A stretch of 51,406 nucleotides of DNA from a bacterium (GCA_021781595.1 JAJXWN010000001.1:1-51406), one strand, 5' to 3'; counted from the stretch's first letter, positions 24,401 through 34,780 are shown. Notes: a model not told the origin generated them from the letters alone. Numbers and translations: made by a program.

Positions 24401-26615
24401 TGCCGAGACCTCGCAGCCCGGACCCGTCGATCTGCCGCGAGACCAGCCCGATGCCGCCTGCACCGGGACCATAGCTTCCGGCCGCGTCGACCTCGCCGCC
24501 GGCGACGCGGGCGCGACCGGCGTAGAGACGCAGTGCGTTACCGCGGATGCCGAGCGTACCGGAGACCGATGCGACCGGCACGCCGCGAACGGTCGCGCCG
24601 CGCAGCTGCGCGCCGCGCGCCTGCACGACGACCCCGGCCGGGGAGATCGCGATAGCCACGGGGCCGCTTATCGAACCGCGCGCGCCGATGTCACCGGTGA
24701 ATGGACGCAGCCGTTCGAGGCGCCCGGCGTAGTTGCCGCGCGCGATCAGTTCCGTCGACGAGAAGGATCCTTGCCCGTCGAAGGTGCCCCACGGGCCGTC
24801 CGCATGCACCAGACTCATGCCGACGTCGTTCGCATTGCCGGCAAACTTCGCGGCGAGATTGTTAAACGGGACACCCGCAATCGTCGCGCCGCCGGCGATG
24901 AACCGGCCCGCGAGCACCAGATCGGTGCCCGGTCCGATGCCGGCGACCTCGGCGTCGATAACCTGGCCGCGTGCCATCGGGAACGCGGGGATCGCGACGC
25001 CCGGAAACGCGATCGGCTGTGGTTGATCGACGGTGAGGTTCAGCGCCGAGCCCCAAAAGGCGCTCGTGCGGTGCGGCCGATCGATGCGGTAGGCGCCCAC
25101 GAACGAGCCGCCGGCGGGCACCTGCAACACGACCGGGCCGATCGTGCCGGCGCCGTTGCGCGTGATATCGAAGAAGCCGCGCAGGGTGCCGGGACGCGCG
25201 CTCGACGCGACGAAACCGCGCGCGTCGAACGCGGCATCCGTGCCGCGCAGCACCGCCTCGCCGCCGACCGGCTGTCCGGGGAGGACGGCCCCCAAGTACG
25301 GAACGCGCGACGACGAGCCGGCGATATGAACGGCGAGCTCGCTCGTAACGCGGCGGCCGAGTGCGAGGTTGCCCCGCACGGCAATTCCGATACCGTCGTA
25401 GCGCGCATGCGCGCCCAAGATCGAGACGCTGCCGCCGTAGAGCGCGGCCGTGCCCTGCACGCCGTCGAAGGGGAGCGCGCCGAAGCGCAGATGCGGCGAA
25501 GCGAGGCGTACGATCAGCAGCGGTCTGTCGAGCGGGCCTTCGATCAGTGCGGCGACACGCGCGCGGCCGTGCAACGGCTGATCCGCAGCAAACGCAAGCG
25601 TTCGGCGCAGGCGCGAGAGGCGCCCGGTTCCGACGAAGCCGAAACGGAATTGCGGATTCTTGAAGTTGAATATCCCGCCCGAGATCCTCACGGGCATGCC
25701 ACCGACGGTCGCTTCGAGCAACCGGGCCGTGAAGCCGCCATCGAAGATTCGGGCATGGCCGCGTATCCCCGTGATCGGTTCGGAGAGTCCCCGTACGTAG
25801 AGCCTTACGCCGGAGAACTCCGCGCTCGCGCCGAGATGATACTGCAGCACCTTCCCCGGTTCATCCGAAAGAGCGTAAATCTCCGCGACGACGTTCGTCG
25901 CCGTGCCGGCAAGAATTTTTGCCGCCGTCGAGTCGATAGCGTAGTTGGCTATCGTCGCGACCGGAATCGCGCTCGCCGTGATGCGGTTCATCGCGTAACC
26001 CTTCGCCGCGTCGATGGTCCCTACGGCTCGAAACGCGGCGCCGCGCGCTCCGGCGAAGGCCCCGGTCACAACGTAGTGCGTGCGGGCGGCTGTATCGACC
26101 GAGATCTTCGCGTCGATGCGATGCACGCGCTGGCGGCGCGTCTCTTTGTAGTAGCGGTGCTGGTCGACCAGCGTCGCCGCGCCGTCGCGGATGCGGACGT
26201 AGAACCGCAAGGGAACGGCCGGGACCGGCGGCCCTCCCGCCGCCGGCGCAGCGATCGACGGCGGCCGGATGTTGGTCGTGCCGTCGCGATGATGGACCAC
26301 CGTCAGCTGCGGGCGATCGACGGTGACGCCGACCAGTCCGAAGCGGCGCGTACTGCCCGGCAAGAGATCGCGAAGGTGGTAGTAGATGTCGATGCGCCGC
26401 GCGGTGAGAACCGGTTCCCCGTCTCGCGAGACGCGAGCGTCGATGAAAGCGCCGTGGTCGCGTTCCAGGCGCATCTCGCCTATCTGGACTCGGTAACCGG
26501 TGGCCAGACCAATCGCCGACGCTACCGCGAAACGGGCCAAGGCGTGATGCCAGATGACCACGGCGGCGGCGAGTACGGCAAGGACGGCTAAGCCGGCTCC
26601 GATCTTCCTGCGCAA
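21402..26615 (-). CDS. tamB: TamB/AsmA-like translocation and assembly module protein (DUF490 C-terminus)
   Basis: 1737 aa. The TTG start is preceded by GGAGGAG. It has an N-terminal membrane anchor (GAGLAVLAVLAAAVVIW), a very long beta-rich Gly/Ala/Val repeat-like body, and a C-terminal end ...GFTFTFQRLF. It lies immediately upstream of bamA, as in many non-proteobacterial diderms. Confidence 0.8.
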   Translation of the reverse strand: MRRKIGAGLAVLAVLAAAVVIWHHALARFAVASAIGLATGYRVQIGEMRLERDHGAFIDARVSRDGEPVLTARRIDIYYHLRDLLPGSTRRFGLVGVTVDRPQLTVVHHRDGTTNIRPPSIAAPAAGGPPVPAVPLRFYVRIRDGAATLVDQHRYYKETRRQRVHRIDAKISVDTAARTHYVVTGAFAGARGAAFRAVGTIDAAKGYAMNRITASAIPVATIANYAIDSTAAKILAGTATNVVAEIYALSDEPGKVLQYHLGASAEFSGVRLYVRGLSEPITGIRGHARIFDGGFTARLLEATVGGMPVRISGGIFNFKNPQFRFGFVGTGRLSRLRRTLAFAADQPLHGRARVAALIEGPLDRPLLIVRLASPHLRFGALPFDGVQGTAALYGGSVSILGAHARYDGIGIAVRGNLALGRRVTSELAVHIAGSSSRVPYLGAVLPGQPVGGEAVLRGTDAAFDARGFVASSARPGTLRGFFDITRNGAGTIGPVVLQVPAGGSFVGAYRIDRPHRTSAFWGSALNLTVDQPQPIAFPGVAIPAFPMARGQVIDAEVAGIGPGTDLVLAGRFIAGGATIAGVPFNNLAAKFAGNANDVGMSLVHADGPWGTFDGQGSFSSTELIARGNYAGRLERLRPFTGDIGARGSISGPVAIAISPAGVVVQARGAQLRGATVRGVPVASVSGTLGIRGNALRLYAGRARVAGGEVDAAGSYGPGAGGIGLVSRQIDGSGLRGLGIPLQRGRVSASGIVSAGTRLPDFRGTVVVRGGQAAGYPVSGSARIAVAGDALHLRDAVGSLGTTYARGSGTVGALSSGAPVYALQATVPMGDVRAIAAALRLPTYETEGSFSGTFDLRGRGRQPSLTGALALPVGDVNGMGFVDARARISADPSGVTARAGHVLVGSTATGFYAMLRRHVAALAVQAPSARLSDFNDFFDTGDTLSGRGSAVFSILRTHRRFVTSGKVDVRGFRYRSLPIGDTSALWSSRRTEVTGSLAVGGPQGRLNATGSVQLAPSRSLRGTIEHSRYDVSTSLSDLDLSTWLPAFGFPTIPLTGRVDGNARILGRYPHIGIGGDATLRDGTIGPVPISHAEIAARAAGSRIDVTNLTLDLPALAATGSGSVGLSSSDPLAFTVHVQSDDVRSLVAELTKRTIGVSGHFESTVTIGGTLAAPKFVAAVYGTGANAYGVAIPSVLASVTLRGRDVVIRNAELSFLHGSSSFAGEFPLQMRPFSIGPAGAPLSVDIAAKALDVSAFDPLFGNATALGGTIDGHVGLNGTVANPKVYGALHLAAARYSSALETIPIVATVGDLTFSGDRVTLVRLHAQPGRGTLDATGALSLKGGASNGAIAYDAEIRMSGAQFNLPAYGQGTVDSTLRLVKRPAKTAVLSGNATVRDAIIPFSAFLGGGSNSRSGGPERPLPNLAFDLGVTAGRNVRVRSGGFAAGLDISGEGTVMLGGTLADPTLDGRFESTGGTLTYVDHAFRVQSGSVVFKPQDGVVPNIQAVGVTHVLNPDPSTARNPTGSTDITIDVSGALTNPHVTFSSNPGGYTRDQIVALLLPLGGFVGSIAFTTGGQLAPTGEIAGAPPAGTGAPLPRVFVQRENGTLTVGQEAFNLLNAQFATGLLAPIESALGSGLGLSDVNLTFDYNGDFGINFRRLLARNFYAVYATTIGVPLRQTFGLQYQPNAFTAVQFSMFFQPSAESSFLSPLGTISTNPRVTAGQALGGQSGFTFTFQRLF

Positions 26616-26678
26616 ACACTCCTCCGACGTTTGCTTCTACCCAAGCAGGCCCGGCGATATCGCACTGGCACCACCGGC

Positions 26679-29421
<2,743 letters not shown>

Positions 29422-29422
<1 letters not shown>

Positions 29423-30549
29423 CAGCAGACCCTCTCGCACGCCGGCGATGCGATCTCGCGCAGGACGGCGGCTTCGATCGTAAAGACGTGCGACTGCGGA
29501 AGGTCGTGCGGCAGGTGCGTCGCCGTGACGAACGCCTGCTCGTAGGCTTCGACGCCTTCCAGGAAGGCTCGAGCGCGGCCGGCATCGAGCTCGGAGAGCA
29601 CGTCGTCGAGCAGCAGCAACGGCGCTTCGCCCGTGCGTTGGTGCATCACCGTATATTCGGCAACCTTTAGGGCGAGCACCGCCGTACGCTGCTGCCCTTG
29701 CGAGCCGTAGGCGGCCAGGGAACGGCCGTCCAAGAGCAGCCCCAGGTCGTCGCGGTGGGGACCTGCCAGCGGGATGCGGCGACTACGTTCGGCAGCGGCA
29801 GCGGTACGTAGCCGTAGCGCGAATGCCGCGCCAATCGCTTCGCCGGTCGGAACTTCGTAAGGGACGTTGGGCTCGTAGCGCAGTTCGAGAGTCTCGCGCC
29901 CGCCGGTCCAGGCGGCGTGCGCGCGCCGGGCCTCGGCGTTGGCGGCGGTGACGAACCGATCGCGCGCAAGCATCAACGCCGTGCCTGCCGAAACGAGCGT
30001 TTCGTTGTAGACGTCCATGAGATCCGCATCCGGCCCGTCCGCCGAGCGCAGCAGCGCGGATTTCTGTGCGAGGGCCTTCTGGTAGCGCACCAGATCGCGG
30101 TAGTAGAGCGGCTGCTCCTGCGCGAGTGCGCCGTTGAGGACGCGCCGTCGCCCGCTTGGCGCTCCCGCGATCAATTGCAGATCGCCGGGCACGAACGTCA
30201 CCACGTTCAAGGTGCCGAGAAAGGCCGCGTAGCGCACCGCCCGCCCGTTAGCGCTGTATGCTTTACGTATCCCTCGCGATGTCGCCGTCACGGTGCAGCC
30301 TAAGTTCACGCTGCCGGCCCGTATGTGCGCGCCCCCGGAGACGCTCGCGATTTGAAACCCCGAAGCGATGAGATCCGCCTCTCGGTTCGTGCGGAACGAT
30401 TTGCCGGTGCCGAGCAGCGAGATCGCTTCGAGGAGATTGCTCTTTCCTTGTGCGTTCGCTCCGATAAAAACGTTTAATCCGGGAGCCGGCTGGAAATCGA
30501 GCGACGCGTAGTTACGCACGTTGGAGAGCGCTAGCCACGAAAGCCTCAT
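29422..30549 (-). CDS. recF: DNA replication/repair protein RecF
   Basis: 375 aa. The N-terminus is LALSNVRNYASLDFQPAPGLNVFIGANAQGKSNLLEAI (Walker A). The context is dnaN-recF-gyrB. Confidence 0.95.
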
Positions 30550-30585
30550 TGCGGCGCTACGGCCGCCATCGTCAAAGCCCGGCGT

Positions 30586-31701
30586 TCATTGGCGCAGCGG
30601 CATGAGGACATAGAGTTGTTGCGCGCCCTCGGCGCCTTGCAGCGGGCGAATCGCCGCGGGAGAGAGTGGCCCTAAGAATTCGAGCACCGTCCGCTCGCCT
30701 TCGACGTGATTAAGTATCTCGATCAGGTACCGGGCATTGAATGCGATGGTCAAGTCCTCGCCGGTCTGCTCGACCTCAACCTCTTCGTAGGCGCTCCCGG
30801 AGACGTCCGAACTAGCGGTGACGATCAGCGTCTGATTCGCTACGGCGATCTTCACCATGCTGGCGCGGTCTCCGGCGACCAACTCGGCGCGGCGCAGGCT
30901 CGCGGCCAGCGCCTGCGTGTTCGCCGTTATCGAGCGGTCGAACTTCGCTGGAATAACTTGCCCGTAGTTCGGATACTGGCCGTCTACGAGCCGGACGACG
31001 ATCGACGTGCTCCCGGCCGAAAGCATTAATTGGTTGTTCTGCGCGCCGAGGGCTGAAATGGTAATCGTTTCGGCACCACCAAGATTACGCGCCGCCTCGG
31101 CTAGCGCGCGCGACGGCACAATGTAGCGCTCGCTGCCTGAGATCCCGTTCTCGAGCGTCGTCTGCCATTTCGCGAGGCGGTACCCGTCGGTCGCCACCAT
31201 CGTTAGGCTATCGCCCTCGACTTCCAGCAACGTTCCCATGAGAACGGCGCCACGCGCTTCCTCGCCCGAGGCCGCAAAGATCGTCGCGTTGACGCCGTCT
31301 CGGAAGCGCTTGGCGGTGAGGCTGAATTTCTGTCCGTGCGAAGCACTCGGCAACGGCGGATATTCGTCCGCCGGCAACGCATGAAAATCGTAATTGCTGC
31401 GTTCGCACTTCACTCCCGCGCGCGTAGGCGTCCCCGTGAGTTCGAGCGTGCCGGCGGGGAGATTCGCAAGATAACTACCGAAAAGTTTCGCCGGTATCGT
31501 TACGCTGCCTGGTTCGGCGATCTCCGCCGTAAAGGCATGCTCGAGCGTTAACTCGAGATCGGTCGCCCGAACGACGATCCGGCCGTCTTCCGTCGACAGC
31601 AAGACGTTCGAAAGAATCGGCACCGTGGTATGCGCGTTGACGATCTTGCTCGCCGCTCCGACGGCGGTGGCGATGTCCTTGGTGTTGCACGTGAATTTCA
31701 T
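30586..31701 (-). CDS. dnaN: DNA polymerase III beta sliding clamp
   Basis: 371 aa. The N-terminus is MKFTCNTKDIATAVGAASKIVNAHTTVPILSNVLL. It has a three-domain length and lies downstream of dnaA. Confidence 0.96.
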   Translation of the reverse strand: MKFTCNTKDIATAVGAASKIVNAHTTVPILSNVLLSTEDGRIVVRATDLELTLEHAFTAEIAEPGSVTIPAKLFGSYLANLPAGTLELTGTPTRAGVKCERSNYDFHALPADEYPPLPSASHGQKFSLTAKRFRDGVNATIFAASGEEARGAVLMGTLLEVEGDSLTMVATDGYRLAKWQTTLENGISGSERYIVPSRALAEAARNLGGAETITISALGAQNNQLMLSAGSTSIVVRLVDGQYPNYGQVIPAKFDRSITANTQALAASLRRAELVAGDRASMVKIAVANQTLIVTASSDVSGSAYEEVEVEQTGEDLTIAFNARYLIEILNHVEGERTVLEFLGPLSPAAIRPLQGAEGAQQLYVLMPLRQ

Positions 31702-32033
31702 TCATCCACCGGTTTCTGGATCTCGGGAGTTCCTAGTCTTAGTAAAGTAAGGTAGCCGTAGTAGTAGTAACGCGGTGCATTATGTGGAGAAGAGCAAGCA
31801 GATCAGCCGGGCCAAGGTTTTCCGCCTAGGATAACCTGTGTAGGATTGCGGCCGGTTAATCCACGTTTCCACGAGCGCACCGCAGGCGAGGAGTTATCCA
31901 CGCGCGTTCGTACGCCCTGTGCAGCATGCCGTGGAATCGGCGAACGGCGTTTTTCCGTACGGAAAACATCTCCGGCTCCAGAGGCCGCGGGCCGAGGTTG
32001 ACAGACTCTCCGGACGGCGGGACAGCCCGCTCG
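31702..32033. other. Candidate oriC unwinding module (dnaA-dnaN intergenic region)
   Basis: DnaA-box-like 9-mers: TTATCCACg (31894..31902), TTAATCCAC (31856..31864), TGTGGAGAA (31783..31791, equal to TTCTCCACA on the gene-sense strand) and TTcATCCAC (31701..31709). A GC cluster CGCGGTGC lies at 31771..31778. A roughly 40-bp stretch (31731..31770) has about 15 G/C of 40, in an otherwise GC-rich window. Confidence 0.7.
31753..31770. promoter_or_regulatory. DnaA-trio-like in-phase trinucleotide repeats
   Basis: The plus strand reads TAG CCG TAG TAG TAG TAA (31753..31770). On the gene-sense strand this is TTA CTA CTA CTA. It lies immediately next to a GC cluster and a DnaA box, the same order (box, GC cluster, trios, AT-rich region, dnaN) described for Bacillus subtilis oriC. 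Confidence 0.55.
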
Positions 32034-33411
32034 TTAGTCGGTCTGACACAGGGCCAGCATCGATCGAATCTTGTTCCGATAGGCCTCGTCGCGCTGCATC
32101 TGATCGGCGACCTTGTCTCGCGCGTACATAACCGTCGTATGGTCCTTCTTGTTGAATTCGCGCGCGATCTGAGGTAAGGAGCAATCGGTAAGTTTGGTGC
32201 AGACGTACATGGCGATCTGTCGCGGCGCCGCCAGGCGCTGATCCCGGCGTTGCGTGTCCAACTCCTTGACCGTCAAGCCGTGGGCTTTCGCCACCTTCTC
32301 TTTGATGGACGCAACCGTTACGCGGCGTAACGGCACCTGCGCGACGGCATTCTTGAGAACCTCGGCCGCTAGATCGACCGTGATCTGCGATTTGGTAAGC
32401 GACGCGAACGCAACGACGCGGATGAGCGCTCCTTCGAGCTCGCGGATGTTTGAGGGGATGACTTTGGCGATGAACGAGGTCACTTCGTCGGGGACGGGGA
32501 TCTTCTCGGATTCGGCCTTCTTACGAAGTATGGCTTCGCGCGTTTCGAGATCCGGCGATTGTATGTCGGTCAGCAGTCCCCATTCGAAACGCGAGCGAAG
32601 ACGGCTTTCAAGCGTTTGTATCTCTTTTGGCGGGCGATCGCTCGAGATAACCAGCTGGCGCCCGGATTCGTGCAGGGAATTAAACGTGTGGAAGAACTCT
32701 TCTTGCGTCTGTTCCTTGCCTTCGAGAAATTGAATGTCGTCGATGAGGAGCAGGTCGACGTGGCGGTATTTATTTCGGAATTCAAGCGTTTGATTGTTCT
32801 TGATAGCGATGATGAACTCGTTGGTGAATTTTTCGCTCGACACGTAAACCACGTTGGCCGTGGGGTTGTCCAGCATCACGCGATGGCCAATGGCATGCAT
32901 GAGATGGGTCTTCCCCAATCCGACGCCGCCGTAGAGGAAGAGCGGGTTGTACGCGCGAGCCGGCGCGCCCGCAACCGCTTGCGAAGCCGCGTGCGCGAAT
33001 CGGTTGGAGTTTCCAACGACGAACTCTTCGAAGGTGTAGCGAGAGTTCAAGTTACCCGCACGAAACTCGTCCCCCGCCCGAGCACCGGGCGCCGGCGGGA
33101 CCCCGGGACCCCCCCCCCGGCGATGGCACGGAGAGGGCACTCTCGTTCGCTACGGTAAAGGCGATCTTGACCTCGCTCCCGAGGACGTCGCTCAATATCT
33201 CGGCGATCTGCGCCCTGAGCCGGTTTTCAACCCAATCGCGAGCAAAGTTGTTATGTACGGCAAGCAAGAGTTCGTTGCCCGTAAAGGAGACCAAACGAAG
33301 CGGTTTGATCCACATCTCGAAGATCGGCTTGGAGAACTTTCGCTCGAGTGCGTCAAGGGCCGCGTGCCAAAGATCGGTCGATATGTCGGGGTTTCCAGCA
33401 GCAAGCACCAT
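32034..33411 (-). CDS. dnaA: Chromosomal replication initiator DnaA, interrupted as assembled by a one-nucleotide frameshift
   Basis: Domain I ([49 protein letters not shown]) is in track ORF 33052..33411. The AAA+ and DNA-binding domains ([20 protein letters not shown] ... [10 protein letters not shown]) are in track ORF 32034..33140, in a different frame. The two frames overlap across a G10 run. Confidence 0.9.
33109..33118 (-). repeat. Homopolymer: C10 on the plus strand, G10 on the dnaA coding strand
   Basis: Read directly from the sequence: ...gggaCCCCCCCCCCggcgatg... It lies in the Gly/Pro-rich DnaA linker. Removing one G restores a single open frame. Confidence 0.95.
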
Positions 33412-33544
33412 TCGCTCTTTCCGTCCTTACACCACCGTATCTCGGCCGCAAGCGGCATCGACAAAAGTCCGCGCTTGGGGCCGAGCATGGAGGCGCTGGT
33501 GTTGGCTTAATCGGCCTTGTATCCTGCGGGAAAACGCGCAAATC

Positions 33545-33720
33545 TTATCCACTTATCCACAGGCAAAAAGCAACGTGTTTCCGGCCTAAAATCAACTATT
33601 GCGATAGGTCGGCCGTGATGCTGAGCTGACCGAAAATTCCCATGAAATGGAGCGTTCCGCCGCATGCGAGGGCGCGGAGCGTACGGTTTTCTCCACAAGG
33701 TTGTCCACACGTGTGGAGAA
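33545..33720. promoter_or_regulatory. DnaA-box cluster upstream of dnaA (second oriC module and/or dnaA autoregulation)
   Basis: Tandem TTATCCAC and TTATCCACA at 33545..33561. TTCTCCACA lies at 33689..33697. TTGTCCACA (33701..33709) and the converging TGTGGAGAA (33712..33720) together form the palindrome TCCACACGTGTGGA. Confidence 0.75.
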
Positions 33721-33803
33721 CGCCCGTGCCGGGGGCCGGGACGCTCTTCGGGAACCTGCGCTTGACGGTCCGGCGGACGTGGCTCTATACTAAGGGGCTG
33801 TAT

Positions 33804-33826
33804 GCCGCCGCTCGGCGGCTATTTTT
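33804..33826 (+). terminator. Intrinsic-terminator-like hairpin plus T-tract just upstream of rpmH
   Basis: GCCGCC-GCTC-GGCGGC (33804..33819) is followed by TATTTTT (33820..33826). The rpmH ATG is at 33848, with GGGAG at 33831..33835. There is no plus-strand gene upstream, so its function is unclear. Confidence 0.35.
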
Positions 33827-33847
33827 GCCTGGGAGATCGATAAAGTC

Positions 33848-33982
33848 ATGAAGCGGACGTACCAGCCGCACAACCGCCGGCGCAAGCGCGTGCACGGCTT
33901 CCTCGAGCGGATGTCGACGAAGAATGGGCGCCGCGTCATCGCCGCGCGCCGCAAAAAGGGTCGCAAGCGCCTGGCGGCGTGA
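33848..33982 (+). CDS. rpmH: 50S ribosomal protein L34
   Basis: It is not in the ORF track because it is under 60 aa. My translation is [44 protein letters not shown], a canonical L34. It lies in the classical rpmH-rnpA position. Confidence 0.95.
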   Translation: MKRTYQPHNRRRKRVHGFLERMSTKNGRRVIAARRKKGRKRLAA

Positions 33983-34314
33983 TGCGCCGTTTTGCCGGCT
34001 TGCGGCGGCGCGCCAACTTTAGCCGCCTGCTCCGTCGCGGGCGGCGCACCGCTACGCCGAGCCTTACGCTGTATCGAGAGGCTGCTGCACCCGGCGACGA
34101 GCGCGCCTTGGTCGGAATCGTCGTCTCCAAGGCCGTCGGGAAGGCAGTCGTTCGCAACCGGCTGCGCCGCCGGCTTGCGGCGATTGTACACGAAGCGCTC
34201 GCAAACGGTGCCCGCATGCGGCTGTTGATCGTCACGCGGCCGGTCGCCGCGGCGCTCCCGTATGCCGTACTGCGGCAGGAGGTTGAGCGGGCCCTGGGAG
34301 GGTGCCGGAGTTGA
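33982..34314 (+). CDS. rnpA: RNase P protein component
   Basis: Motifs: [17 protein letters not shown]... and [20 protein letters not shown]. The ATG at 33982 shares one nucleotide with the rpmH stop (the GTG at 33979 is an alternative). The last codons and the stop lie inside MITE copy 3. Confidence 0.88.
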   Translation: MRRFAGLRRRANFSRLLRRGRRTATPSLTLYREAAAPGDERALVGIVVSKAVGKAVVRNRLRRRLAAIVHEALANGARMRLLIVTRPVAAALPYAVLRQEVERALGGCRS

Positions 34315-34515
34315 GCGCGTTTCCGTCTTTGGATGGCATTTTGCCCGAATACTTCGTTGCTCATCAGTCACGAAGATACGGCTTTGCTCCTTCCGGCCAA
34401 GGACGGCCGCCATGCACGCGAGTACAGGAGGTGCAGGAGCGTGCTTCTTCGCGCCTCGTCTCCGAACAAAATGCCATCCAAATCCGGCAAAGGCTCAGCT
34501 CCGGCGCTCTCCTGG
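34294..34515 (+). mobile_element. MITE-like palindromic repeat, copy 3 (diverged termini)
   Basis: It shares the roughly 125-nt core with copies 1 and 2 almost base for base. The termini are CTGGGAGGGTGCCGGAGTTGAGC ... GCTCAGCTCCGGCGCTCTCCTGG. The subterminal arms TTTGGATGGCATTTT / AAAATGCCATCCAAA are perfectly complementary. Confidence 0.8.
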
Positions 34516-34540
34516 AGCCGGTAGGCGGAGAAACGCGCTA

Positions 34541-34777
34541 GTGCGGGACCTCCTCGTGCTGCTGCTGCGGCTTTACAAGCGGTGCCTCTCGCCGTTACTG
34601 CCCCCGGCCTGCCGCTTCTATCCGACCTGTTCGGAGTATGCGGCCGAGGCTATCGCGAAACACGGGGCGCTGCGAGGCGGCGTTCTGGGGGTGAAACGCC
34701 TCGCTCGTTGCCACCCATGGCACCCGGGCGGCGTCGATCCGGTACCGTCACCACCGAAGCGACAGACTGAAAGGTAA
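34541..34777 (+). CDS. yidD: Membrane protein insertion efficiency factor YidD
   Basis: GTG at 34541, with GGAG about 11 nt upstream. It contains [34 protein letters not shown], the hallmark YidD motif. The upstream part of the track ORF runs through the MITE and was discarded. Confidence 0.85.
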   Translation: MRDLLVLLLRLYKRCLSPLLPPACRFYPTCSEYAAEAIAKHGALRGGVLGVKRLARCHPWHPGGVDPVPSPPKRQTER

Positions 34778-34780
34778 GCC

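Noticed and set aside
24243-26591. 782-aa plus-strand ORF (with many shorter ones between 21414 and 26619) opposite tamB
   Set aside because: It is entirely antisense to a well-supported 1737-aa TamB gene. Its extreme Arg/Ala/Gly/Asp composition has no recognisable motifs. This is a typical shadow ORF of high-GC DNA.
32034-33411. Annotating the two dnaA ORFs as two separate genes (a domain I protein plus an N-terminally truncated DnaA)
   Set aside because: The frames overlap exactly at a G10 homopolymer, and a one-base change yields a normal full-length DnaA. A split essential initiator is far less likely than a homopolymer-length error or slippage.
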